Part shown: piece by piece, positions 1-6,865 of the stretch
How positions within the stretch are numbered: position 1 is the stretch's first letter
Layout of the letters: each line of letters opens with the position of its first letter
From: a virus
Length of the DNA: 11,963 nucleotides
Direction: 5' to 3' (one strand)
Virus genome (UHGV): UHGV-0046228
Notes under the pieces: generated by a model
Told to the model about the DNA's origin: nothing
Seen by the model: only the letters and a program-made list of their open reading frames with translations
The model's database searches: none
Translations under genes and position numbers: made by a program

Positions 1-385
1 CCGGAACAGCACCGGGGTTCGGCGTCTTCAGCGTGGTCGAGCTGGCAAAAGCACCGGAGCCAACGTTATAGGTGAAGGAGTAAAGCGCGGCGCGGGTTGG
101 CTCAGGGATGCGAACCTTGATCAGCGGGTCGATGGCGCTTGCCACCTTTCGCAGATCTGCCTTAAGCAGGTTGTCACACTCTTTGTCGGTATATCGGTGA
201 CCGCGGCGAATGTCGGTACCAGTGTGCCCATCGCAAACGGTCCAGACGCCGACCACATCCTGATAGGCGTAATAACGCCGACCTTCGAGTCCATCCGCAT
301 TGCCCAGCATTACTGCAGCAATGGTGATGGCTCCGGACCCGCCAACGATGGCACCCACCAGCTTATTCCTCAACGTTGGGTTCAT
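1..385 (-). CDS. SAR endolysin (signal-anchor-release lysozyme, phage 21 R-like), N-terminal 128 codons; C-terminus lies beyond the window start
   Basis: Manual reverse-complement translation from ATG at 385..383: [128 protein letters not shown]. Gly/Ala-rich weakly hydrophobic N-terminal SAR-like segment followed by a lysozyme-like E...D/C...T core; start overlaps the upstream holin by 23 nt in another frame. Absent from the ORF track because no stop lies inside the window. Confidence 0.85.
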   Translation of the reverse strand, partial: MNPTLRNKLVGAIVGGSGAITIAAVMLGNADGLEGRRYYAYQDVVGVWTVCDGHTGTDIRRGHRYTDKECDNLLKADLRKVASAIDPLIKVRIPEPTRAALYSFTYNVGSGAFASSTTLKTPNPGAVP

Positions 386-587
386 CTCGGCTCCTGCTGC
401 GGCGGTTGTCTTCGCGGATTTTGAAATAGAGATTTGTCAGATACGTCATTACGGCAATGATGATACCCACCAGCACGCCGATAGCGTTCCACTGCTCGGG
501 GCTGTAGGCATTAAGCATGCCGTTTAGGATGCTCCCGGCTGAAGCGCCATAGGCAGCACCAGTGGTTAGTTTGTCCATGCGATACAT
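363..587 (-). CDS. Class II holin (pinholin, phage 21 S-like) with dual-start motif
   Basis: 74-aa [22 protein letters not shown]...[15 protein letters not shown]; begins Met-Tyr-Arg-Met (two starts separated by a basic residue), two hydrophobic segments, charged C-terminal tail; SD GAGGTGA upstream; immediately precedes the SAR endolysin. Confidence 0.85.
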   Translation of the reverse strand: MYRMDKLTTGAAYGASAGSILNGMLNAYSPEQWNAIGVLVGIIIAVMTYLTNLYFKIREDNRRSRSRDEPNVEE

Positions 588-621
588 ACTCTCACCTCGC
601 TTTGTGCGAGTGCTGTTGCTA

Positions 622-650
622 GGAATAAAAAAGGCCGCCGAACGGCAGCC
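622..650 (-). terminator. Intrinsic terminator-like hairpin about 35 nt upstream of the holin start
   Basis: Minus-strand reading GGCTGCC-GTTC-GGCGGCC followed by TTTTTTATT; 7-bp GC-rich stem with one G-U pair. Confidence 0.5.
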
Positions 651-848
651 TTGTATTGATTGATAGTTTCCGGAGCTTCTTTCTCGCTAGGAAAGCAAAA
701 AATTAAACAATCCTTAAGAATAGCCAGTTGATGCAAAAAATAATTAGCTTTTCAAATAGTTTTTAGCTGTTACCATTTCCACTAAGTTATGGCTTTACCT
801 CTTTGTGGATAAAAGAAAGACAAGCGGGTATGAGATTGAGTCGTTATT

Positions 849-883
849 GCGGAGAGGGGTGATGTCGTTCTCCGCGTTTTTTT
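849..883 (+). terminator. Plus-strand intrinsic terminator-like hairpin within the Q-to-holin intergenic region
   Basis: GCGGAGA (849-855), 13-nt loop, TCTCCGC (869-875), then G plus seven T (877-883). On the minus strand no U-run follows, so it is orientation-specific for plus-strand transcription. Confidence 0.45.
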
Positions 884-910
884 GGCTCGAAGCGATTTAG
901 GCCACAAAGA

Positions 911-942
911 AATAAAAAAAGCCCAAGGCGTTAACCTCGGGC
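911..942 (-). terminator. tR'-like intrinsic terminator downstream of the late promoter
   Basis: Minus-strand reading GCCCGAGG-loop-CCTTGGGC (8-bp stem with one G-U pair) followed by TTTTTTTATTTCTTT; about 120 nt downstream of the Q stop. Confidence 0.6.
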
Positions 943-959
943 TTGAATTTTTTTGGCTT

Positions 960-1065
960 CGGAACGACTGAACGGATTCCCAGCGTTAGAGATGAATCTA
1001 TCCAGTTTTTCCGCGAAATGCAATACCTATTTCCTATATATTTTCAACATTAGGGAAAATTATTT
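960..1065 (-). promoter_or_regulatory. Inferred late promoter (pR'-like) and Q-utilisation region
   Basis: AT-rich non-coding stretch between the Q stop (1066-1068) and the tR'-like terminator; minus strand has TTGAAA (1047..1042) and adjacent TATATA (1040..1035), but no clean -35/17 bp/-10 pair was found. Placement rests on position. Confidence 0.35.
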
Positions 1066-1875
1066 TCATCTCGTTACTTTTGAGAGAATGGAATCAGCCA
1101 TAGACTCCTGTTTATGGCATTCGGCGACCAACTCCTCAAATAGCGGCTGAAGTTGCTCATATGCCGCCGTTTTCTTTATCTCCGCAACAGTATTAACGCC
1201 CTCAATTACCGTTGAGAACTTAAGCCTGGCGTAACCTCTACCACCGCAGCGGTCGCAGGCTTTCATTACTGGAACGCCCTGGCGATCGCTTTCTGCCTTG
1301 TCCAGCACCTTACCTTTGCCATGGCAGCGACACGAATTGCTGATAACGCCTTTTCCGTTACACGGCTTGCACTTAACTCGCACCACCTCACGCGCCTGTG
1401 TCCAGCTCTCCCAGTCGCTTGGGCGAACGGCACGCGACATTTTCGACCAGTAAGGCGGTTTCCCCCATGGGTATGAGACCTTGTTGGTAAACACTTGCGC
1501 CTCTGTAAATCCGCCACCATCACAGCAATCACATTTTCGAGTGCTGGCAGCACTTCTTGAATAATCCTGGTATGCAAAAGCGCAGAGAACCTTAAGCACG
1601 CCTGACCGAGCTGATTCATCGAGTTCAGACAGTGCTCTGAATTTACCTGATAACTTACGTGCCTGCTCATAGAGTCTCTCCAGTGCTATATCTGGGCTGC
1701 TAATGCCGATTTTCGAGAGGTAAAGATCGAAACCAAACCCGCACTTGTGGCCAGCAAGGCCAAGCGCCGCCATAACGTCAGTGCCGGTGAGACTGTCTGA
1801 TGCGGTTGCGCGAGGAGAGTCACTGAACATCGGTGATTTAGGCGCAAAGTATTTAGCGATTGATTCGAGGTTCAT
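1066..1875 (-). CDS. Late-gene antiterminator Q-like protein
   Basis: 269-aa ORF directly upstream of the late promoter/terminator and lysis genes and downstream of nin genes; C-terminal half carries paired Cys motifs (KCKPCNGKG...CRCHGKG, CDRCGGRG) typical of Zn-binding Q-family antiterminators. Family assignment is from recall. Confidence 0.7.
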   Translation of the reverse strand: MNLESIAKYFAPKSPMFSDSPRATASDSLTGTDVMAALGLAGHKCGFGFDLYLSKIGISSPDIALERLYEQARKLSGKFRALSELDESARSGVLKVLCAFAYQDYSRSAASTRKCDCCDGGGFTEAQVFTNKVSYPWGKPPYWSKMSRAVRPSDWESWTQAREVVRVKCKPCNGKGVISNSCRCHGKGKVLDKAESDRQGVPVMKACDRCGGRGYARLKFSTVIEGVNTVAEIKKTAAYEQLQPLFEELVAECHKQESMADSILSKVTR

Positions 1876-1991
1876 TATGCGGCTTCCTTCTGTGGCTGGT
1901 GGGTTTTGGTCTGGCTGTGCTTTACTATTGGCGGCATGCTGGCGCGCTTAACGCTTTCGGCCTGGTATCGGGTTATCTCGTCTCTGGTCAT
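1875..1991 (-). CDS. Small hypothetical protein (38 aa), translationally coupled between lar and Q
   Basis: Manual translation MTRDEITRYQAESVKRASMPPIVKHSQTKTHQPQKEAA; ATG at 1991..1989 preceded by GGAGG with a 6-nt spacer; ATGA overlap with the Lar stop and TAATG overlap with the Q start. Not in the ORF track (below size cutoff). Confidence 0.4.
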   Translation of the reverse strand: MTRDEITRYQAESVKRASMPPIVKHSQTKTHQPQKEAA

Positions 1992-2194
1992 GATGGCCTC
2001 CGATTCCAGGCGCGAATTGCATCGCGCTTTGTTGGATAGGTGTCAGTTATCGGCTTAATCAAGCATTGCTTTGTTGAACAACCGGCGTAGACACCATCAC
2101 CATCAGAAAAAAGTTCTGCGCCGCCGCCACAGAACGGACACTCAAGCAGAAAAGCCCAATGAGGTAGCTTGAGATCGAATATCATTGGTTTCAT
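1988..2194 (-). CDS. Lar-family restriction alleviation protein (anti-restriction)
   Basis: 68-aa ORF with CPFCGG...AGCSTKQC zinc-ribbon-like cysteine pairs and C-terminal AIRAWNRR, matching my recollection of Lar/RalR-family proteins of Rac-type prophages; ATGA overlap with the ninG stop. Confidence 0.55.
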   Translation of the reverse strand: MKPMIFDLKLPHWAFLLECPFCGGGAELFSDGDGVYAGCSTKQCLIKPITDTYPTKRDAIRAWNRRPS

Positions 2195-2832
2195 GCTGCC
2201 TCCCGCTGTTTCAGTGCTTTGAGCTTGTCGCGGTACTCATCCCGGATCCGGATGAAGTCTTCACGGCGGTAGTTGGTCATTTCGTGGGGGCCGTTGAGCC
2301 AGTCGACGTATCCCTGACCGTAACGAGCGACCAACCCAGCTTCGTATTGCTGCGCCACGGTCGCCTCTTTGGCGGTGTACTTGCCAGCTCCGGCATTACA
2401 GGATTTGCACTGCTTATGGGCGTTGCGTTCTTCAAAGCGCAGTTCAGGGTAAGCACCTACTGTCTTGAAATGGCCGCAATCCCACTGGCCACCATGCAGA
2501 TCAGGCGGATTGGTCTCGCCGCAGCTGATGCATGGCAAATCGGCGTCGCGCGCACGGATAAAGGCGTTGAAAGCTTTCTGAGCCTGAGCCTTGTAGTGTC
2601 CGTCTGGCCTGAGCTCGTCCAGCCGCTCCGTGCGGCGTTTGCGCCCGTCCTTCTCAGCCTCGTTTTGCTCCTTGATGCGCTTAGCCGCGTCTTTCACCTT
2701 CTCCTTCTTGCGTTCTTCCATTGCGAGGATTGCGCCGTGTTCCGGGCAGCACCAGCGGATCCGGATGTCGTGGAATTTCGGCACGAAGTATTCACCGCAT
2801 ACTTTGCACTTACGGCGGGATGGTTTACGCAT
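2191..2832 (-). CDS. ninG: NinG (Rap) recombination-associated protein
   Basis: Translation from the internal Met ([16 protein letters not shown]...) parallels lambda NinG as I recall it ([17 protein letters not shown], ERNxHKQC motifs). The track start at 2910 would overlap the upstream phosphatase by 85 nt, so ATG 2832..2830 is preferred. Confidence 0.85.
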   Translation of the reverse strand: MRKPSRRKCKVCGEYFVPKFHDIRIRWCCPEHGAILAMEERKKEKVKDAAKRIKEQNEAEKDGRKRRTERLDELRPDGHYKAQAQKAFNAFIRARDADLPCISCGETNPPDLHGGQWDCGHFKTVGAYPELRFEERNAHKQCKSCNAGAGKYTAKEATVAQQYEAGLVARYGQGYVDWLNGPHEMTNYRREDFIRIRDEYRDKLKALKQREAA

Positions 2833-3493
2833 GGGCACCACCTTGAACCTGTACCAGCGTGAGGCTTCCGCAGAACACGGCCCCCGTATCCATGTACATC
2901 TGGTTGGCATACTTCAGGGGCTGGCGCGCAGGGGTGTGGCCGAAGATAAACAGATCAGCACCAGCTATCGGCGAGACAATGCCGTCCTGAGCGTCGCTAA
3001 CCCGTTCACGATTCCAGATGACCATGTCTTTCGGGACCGGCTTGTCGAACGCATATTCGTTATGCGGGTAGTCAGCGTGGCAGATAACGATTTTACGTTC
3101 AGCGGTAACCAGCTCGATGACGAATGGCAGGCTGGCCGATTTATGAACCAGAGCCTTAGCCAGCACCTCTTTGTCATAGTCGAGATTGAAGAACCAACCG
3201 CCACCGTTTACCAGCCAGTGATTGACGTTCCCATACTCCGATAGCCCATCAATCATCATCTGCTCATGGTTTCCGCGCACCGCCCGGAACCACGGCATAG
3301 TAATAAGCTCCAGGCACTCGACGTTTTCCGCGCCGCGGTCAACAAGGTCACCAACCGATATCAGCAAATCATGCGCCGGGTCGAACGAAACTTTTTCGAG
3401 CTCATTCATCAGCAGCGTGTAGCACCCATGCAGATCGCCGACGACGAAGATATTGCGCCAGTCAGCGCCATTAATGCGTTGATACATGCTCAT
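2825..3493 (-). CDS. Serine/threonine protein phosphatase (lambda PPase / NinI-like metallophosphatase)
   Basis: Metallophosphatase motifs GDLHG, GDLVDRG, GNHE and strong co-linearity with lambda PPase ([35 protein letters not shown]). Start taken at ATG 3493..3491 (MSMYQRING...) with AGGAG 9 nt upstream; ATGA overlap with the ninE stop. Confidence 0.9.
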   Translation of the reverse strand: MSMYQRINGADWRNIFVVGDLHGCYTLLMNELEKVSFDPAHDLLISVGDLVDRGAENVECLELITMPWFRAVRGNHEQMMIDGLSEYGNVNHWLVNGGGWFFNLDYDKEVLAKALVHKSASLPFVIELVTAERKIVICHADYPHNEYAFDKPVPKDMVIWNRERVSDAQDGIVSPIAGADLFIFGHTPARQPLKYANQMYMDTGAVFCGSLTLVQVQGGAHA

Positions 3494-3660
3494 GCGGATT
3501 TTCTCCTCGCTGCGAGACGCAGCCATTTCTGATCCACCAGGCGGGCGGTGTAATCTTTCAGGGTCGGAATGTCGGACGGCTTAATCGCTGGCTTACGCTT
3601 GCGGCGCACCGGAACGCGGAAGATTTCGTTTGTGATGACGCGAGCGAGAGGGCTAGCCAT
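3490..3660 (-). CDS. ninE: NinE-like small basic protein (56 aa)
   Basis: Manual translation [56 protein letters not shown]; resembles my recollection of NinE of lambda/DLP12 (RKRKP...WLR...ARR); TAATG overlap with the ninB stop. Not in the ORF track. Confidence 0.6.
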   Translation of the reverse strand: MASPLARVITNEIFRVPVRRKRKPAIKPSDIPTLKDYTARLVDQKWLRLAARRKSA

Positions 3661-4097
3661 TACGCAACCCTCCCGAAGTAATCACCTGAGTAGCGAACTT
3701 CACGGAGTTGCACGCCGTTTTGCACAGCAAATGCCTGGCTGTATTCGATGAGACTGGTCATGCGACGGATGCCCATCTTCGCAGTGCTTTCCCGGATGGC
3801 GCAGAACTCCCCTTCCAGACCCGGCACCACTTCACCAGGCTTACCGGTGGCAATGGCATGGCCTGAGACATACAGGACTTTCCATGAAGCGAGGTCGCGC
3901 GACTTGCCAGCCCATTGCAATTGCTTCGCTGTATCGCCACAGAGAGCGTGGAAGAGGTCGTTTTGGGCGAGAGTGCGGTCAGCCTCAGAAAACTTCACCA
4001 CGAGCGGCAGAGCGTCGTTAACGGGCAGCTTCCTGATGTAGTCGATGAGGTTATCGCGAACGCGTTCGTCGCGGAGGTAGAAAACAGGCTGTTTCAT
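3660..4097 (-). CDS. ninB: NinB (Orf) recombination mediator
   Basis: Translation from internal Met (MKQPVFYLRDE...) is 145 aa and co-linear with lambda NinB as recalled (QN..L...GD......W.G, SWK core); GGAGGTGG SD 6 nt upstream of ATG 4097..4095. Confidence 0.85.
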   Translation of the reverse strand: MKQPVFYLRDERVRDNLIDYIRKLPVNDALPLVVKFSEADRTLAQNDLFHALCGDTAKQLQWAGKSRDLASWKVLYVSGHAIATGKPGEVVPGLEGEFCAIRESTAKMGIRRMTSLIEYSQAFAVQNGVQLREVRYSGDYFGRVA

Positions 4098-4129
4098 ACG
4101 CCACCTCCGAGAGGTAACGCAGAATACAG

Positions 4130-4243
4130 AAAATCGCAGGTGCATTTCTGCATCTGTGACAAGGTGAGAAGTTCATATTGTGGTCGCATTTAAGTCCCCT
4201 TAAATGCGAAGAAGTCTGCCAGGGTTGTTCAGGCCGCTGGCAG
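4130..4243 (-). other. Structured RNA element: three consecutive hairpins ending in a U-rich tract (tR2-like terminator, leader or small RNA)
   Basis: Minus strand: TCTGCCAG-14 nt loop-CTGGCAGA; CGCATTTAAG-GGGA-CTTAAATGCG (10-bp perfect stem); CAGATGCA-GAAA-TGCACCTG (GNRA-type loop) followed by CGATTTTCTGTATTCTG. Confidence 0.35.
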
Positions 4244-4247
4244 ATTT

Positions 4248-4276
4248 ATTATGGCTCGTTGATAGTGTTTTATCAA
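4248..4276 (-). promoter_or_regulatory. Candidate sigma70 promoter upstream of the hairpin element and ninB
   Basis: Minus strand TTGATA (4276..4271), 17-nt spacer AAACACTATCAACGAGC, CATAAT (4253..4248). Confidence 0.45.
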
Positions 4277-4317
4277 ACGTTGCTTGACGTTTAGTTATGC
4301 GTCGAATGGGTTCTGCA

Positions 4318-5070
4318 TCACTTCACCTTCCACTGCGGTGCTGCTGCAATCATCGCGCGGTATGCAGCCTGCATGTCGTTGTCATCATCGTCTGTGTACG
4401 GAGCCGAATCCCATGCTGCACGCATATCCGGAGTAAGCTCAACCGGCACCATCACCCAACCATCAGGAATCACCGGAGAGTTGCCACCCTGAACAGTAGG
4501 CATATCCGGACCTTTGCGAATCGCCCTGGCAAGATCGATTTGGTCGTCGTACAACCAGTCACCTGTTTGCGGATGATTGGCTTCTGCCAATTGTGCAGCC
4601 CACTCCAGGCCGTCTTTGTGTCCTTGCAGATAGTCCAGCGGTAACTCATCACTATTACTTACAGGTTCGGCCTGAAGCATGGCGGCGCGATAGGCGTTCC
4701 AGCCGACAGCTTTTCCGTGTTCAAACGCGCTGTCAAAGTCATCATCAATTTCCATCGCAGCGGGCACAGATACCGGCGCTGGCGGGGCGGTGTAGAGCGG
4801 CATTACCTCAATATTGAAGATATCCCCCTCGCTTGGACACGCCTCTGCGCTACCGTAAACCCAAGGGTGAACGACTCCGTTACGCTTGTTGATTAATCTG
4901 TGCGCCCACGCCACAGGCTCCGCTTCGAGCGATGCCAGCGCGATACGCGCATTATTAATCAGGAGGCTATCAGCAGGAGATAAAACAACATGAGCGTTAC
5001 CCTCCGCATCAATTTCAGAATTCGTAATTTTTCTGAACAGCTTTGCCAGTTCTCTGGTAATAGTGCTCAT
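4318..5070 (-). CDS. Hypothetical phage protein (250 aa), acidic
   Basis: Long ORF with ATG at 5070..5068, GGAG 8 nt upstream, ATGA overlap with the upstream ORF stop; acidic runs (EIDDDFD, YTDDDDNDM); no family recognised. Confidence 0.7.
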   Translation of the reverse strand: MSTITRELAKLFRKITNSEIDAEGNAHVVLSPADSLLINNARIALASLEAEPVAWAHRLINKRNGVVHPWVYGSAEACPSEGDIFNIEVMPLYTAPPAPVSVPAAMEIDDDFDSAFEHGKAVGWNAYRAAMLQAEPVSNSDELPLDYLQGHKDGLEWAAQLAEANHPQTGDWLYDDQIDLARAIRKGPDMPTVQGGNSPVIPDGWVMVPVELTPDMRAAWDSAPYTDDDDNDMQAAYRAMIAAAPQWKVK

Positions 5071-5345
5071 GGGCGAATCTCCGTCCTGCCACCAAGTAAG
5101 CGGATTGCCACTCGTTCCCGGAAGGTAAGCGGTCGATGGTGTCCGCGGGCATTAACAATTTCAGGCTTTCCATTAGGCGGATAATTGACCCTGACCGATT
5201 GACCATCTAGCGCGTGAGAAGCCTCGAGTAGTGCTGACTTTAAGTGCGCAGGGCACTCTTTCTGCACCCGCTCGCCGTCTGAAATGACACCTGCAATCCC
5301 CTGAAGCATGCTGGCTAAATTGCTGAGATAATTTTTCACATTCAC
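5067..5345 (-). CDS. Hypothetical protein (about 90 aa); start uncertain
   Basis: ORF-track start at 5345 is a GTG only 1 nt after AAGGAG; GTG at 5339..5337 has better spacing (7 nt). Stop overlaps the start of the 250-aa ORF (ATGA). Confidence 0.5.
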   Translation of the reverse strand: MNVKNYLSNLASMLQGIAGVISDGERVQKECPAHLKSALLEASHALDGQSVRVNYPPNGKPEIVNARGHHRPLTFRERVAIRLLGGRTEIRP

Positions 5346-5692
5346 TCTCCTTTACCGGTGCCATAGGCAGATAAGCACTCTTCAAATCCAGCCTGATTAT
5401 CCGTTTGACCTAAACTGAAGCCATGCTGAAGACCATGACGAAATGCGCTATCTTGCAATTTATCTGCGCTATCGAGCTTCGCTTCCAGTTCAGCAATCCG
5501 CTCCTCATACCGAGCGCCAACGGAAACGGCTTTATGGAAGGCTTCGCACCATTTGGACGATTGCGCCTGCATCTTCTCCAGCTCATCCAGCAGCTCCAGC
5601 ACGTCGCGAGTGGGAACCATGAAGTTCGGAATGAAGTTATCTTTCGCTTTCTCTGCTGTTAGGCGCAGCGCCTGTTTGTCGATGTTGCTCAT
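5342..5692 (-). CDS. Hypothetical protein (116 aa) with central coiled-coil-like segment
   Basis: ATG 5692..5690 overlapping the stop of the upstream ORF (ATGA); charged heptad-like region ERIAELEAKLDSADKLQD; no family recognised. Confidence 0.6.
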   Translation of the reverse strand: MSNIDKQALRLTAEKAKDNFIPNFMVPTRDVLELLDELEKMQAQSSKWCEAFHKAVSVGARYEERIAELEAKLDSADKLQDSAFRHGLQHGFSLGQTDNQAGFEECLSAYGTGKGE

Positions 5693-5949
5693 TGGGCGGC
5701 TCCTTCTGTGCGATACATCATGATTGTCAGATCGCCTTTAGTCGCCAGGCGCACCGTTGTTCCTGGTTCGATGCTGGACAGGTCAAACGCATCGTAAAAT
5801 TCGTTTACTGCCTTCTGTCTACGAGATAGCTTTCTACGCTTATCCCACTGCTTTAGCGCAATGGAGATAAACCACTGGCCCGTTTTGAACATGATGAATA
5901 ACCACCCCATCAGAGCGAGACCAGTGTTTAGAATGTCCAGAATGCTCAT
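5689..5949 (-). CDS. Hypothetical small membrane protein (86 aa)
   Basis: ATG 5949..5947 with AAGGAG 7 nt upstream; N-terminal hydrophobic span LALMGWLFIMF followed by a basic stretch. Confidence 0.6.
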   Translation of the reverse strand: MSILDILNTGLALMGWLFIMFKTGQWFISIALKQWDKRRKLSRRQKAVNEFYDAFDLSSIEPGTTVRLATKGDLTIMMYRTEGAAQ

Positions 5950-6041
5950 GACTGCACTCCTTTGCGAAGCTGTGCGGCGATGTCTTCGAGTACTCCATCA
6001 GCGAAGGAGCGATCAAAATCCCCCTCTGGCGCATCAGCCAT
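5946..6041 (-). CDS. Small acidic hypothetical protein (31 aa), translationally coupled
   Basis: Manual translation MADAPEGDFDRSFADGVLEDIAAQLRKGVQS; stop TGA overlaps the ATG of the 86-aa ORF (TCATGA); no obvious SD, so it rests on coupling only. Confidence 0.3.
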   Translation of the reverse strand: MADAPEGDFDRSFADGVLEDIAAQLRKGVQS

Positions 6042-6044
6042 AAA

Positions 6045-6569
6045 CTATGTAGATGTGAGAATCATCCGTGCGATGTCTGCCGAGATCTTCGCAGTATCAT
6101 CAATAAAACCAGCTTCCCAGGCAGCCAGCATTCTGTTAGACACAAAGTAAGCGCCCTCCTTGCGTGCTTCAGTCTTCACTTCAGCCAAGAAAGCGTCGGT
6201 GGCTGTGGTTCGCGGCATCCTTCCATCTATTGCGCAGATATACGCATCAGATAGTTCACCCTGCTCGCCGTCAAACACGTAGCAACTCTGTACGATAAAT
6301 TTATTCAGCCCCGCATTCTCCGCCGCCAGCTCCCTGCACTTGCTCTCGGCGTTAGCGAGCTGTACTGCCATGTCTGTGACTTCGGCTTCAAGTTTTTCAG
6401 CATATTCAATCAGGAGATCGATTCTTTCCGGCGTTACGGTTTTAACGTATTTGCAAATCGATGACGCATAATTATCATCCTGGAGTGTGCCAGCCAGGCC
6501 ATTACAAAATTTGCGGTTCCCTTTTGTCGCCTTGATATCGGCGATGATTTTTTTAACATCTGGTTTCAT
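6045..6569 (-). CDS. Hypothetical phage protein (174 aa) with coiled-coil-like centre
   Basis: Preferred start ATG 6569..6567 (MKPDVKKIIADIK...) making an ATGA overlap with the ren stop; the track's longer N-terminus would overlap ren. Confidence 0.6.
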   Translation of the reverse strand: MKPDVKKIIADIKATKGNRKFCNGLAGTLQDDNYASSICKYVKTVTPERIDLLIEYAEKLEAEVTDMAVQLANAESKCRELAAENAGLNKFIVQSCYVFDGEQGELSDAYICAIDGRMPRTTATDAFLAEVKTEARKEGAYFVSNRMLAAWEAGFIDDTAKISADIARMILTST

Positions 6570-6865
6570 GCTGACACCCTCCCGTAAAACGCCAGTACAC
6601 GCTGCATCGCCGGACTGTTTCGGCACTCCTGAAATATTCCGTTGGTGCAGCTACGCGCGGTACCAGCCTGCTCTTCCGGCGTAGCCAGGCGATAAGTCAC
6701 CGTTCGCCAGACCTTGCTCACCCGGATAATTTTTCGAGACTTTTCCAGATCGATAGCGTTCTTCGTGATGCAGTTGATGGTCATGCCGCACTCTGTGGCC
6801 ACATCCTTCGCGGTGAAGGTCCGGTGCGTTTCGAGATAACGCAGAATTGCCTGCTTGCCTTTCAT
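6566..6865 (-). CDS. ren: Ren-like protein (lambda Ren, resistance to Rex exclusion)
   Basis: 99-aa translation MKGKQAILRYLETHRTFTAKDVA...KVWRTVTYRLATPEE...FQECRNSPAMQRVLAFYG is co-linear with lambda Ren as recalled; ATGA overlap with the P stop; sits directly after P as in lambda. Confidence 0.8.
   Translation of the reverse strand: MKGKQAILRYLETHRTFTAKDVATECGMTINCITKNAIDLEKSRKIIRVSKVWRTVTYRLATPEEQAGTARSCTNGIFQECRNSPAMQRVLAFYGRVSA

Noticed and set aside
197-527. Plus-strand ORFs 197..424 and 300..527 (75 aa each)
   Set aside because: Antisense to the well-supported holin and SAR endolysin genes; no SD and no recognisable protein features.
600-1065. Possible tRNA gene(s) between Q and the holin
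   Set aside because: No cloverleaf could be assembled; the TTCAAAT near 751-757 lacks flanking T-stem complementarity and no acceptor stem or CCA context is present.
953-1150. Plus-strand ORF of 65 aa
   Set aside because: Starts in the AT-rich late promoter region and runs antisense into the Q 3' end; low-complexity translation.
1266-1951. ORFs 1266..1670 (-) and 1745..1951 (+)
   Set aside because: Alternative frame or antisense inside the Q-like gene; shadow ORFs.
2185-3244. Plus-strand ORFs 2185..2862 and 2630..3244, and minus ORF 2965..3204
   Set aside because: Antisense or alternate-frame shadows of ninG and the phosphatase gene, whose homology-supported frames fully account for the region.
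3222-4193. ORFs 3222..3422, 3266..3532, 3569..3751, 3748..4041, 3758..3940, 3915..4193
   Set aside because: Overlap the phosphatase, ninE and ninB frames on the opposite strand or in another frame; no independent support.
4297-5385. ORFs 4297..4644, 4470..4652, 4593..4817, 4990..5184, 5015..5206, 5173..5385
   Set aside because: Embedded in or antisense to the coupled minus-strand ORF chain; Cys/His/Arg-rich translations typical of out-of-frame GC-rich sequence.
5840-6034. Minus-strand ORF of 64 aa overlapping the 86-aa and 31-aa ORFs
   Set aside because: Different frame from the SD-supported 86-aa ORF; the region is better explained by the 31-aa coupled ORF plus the 86-aa ORF.
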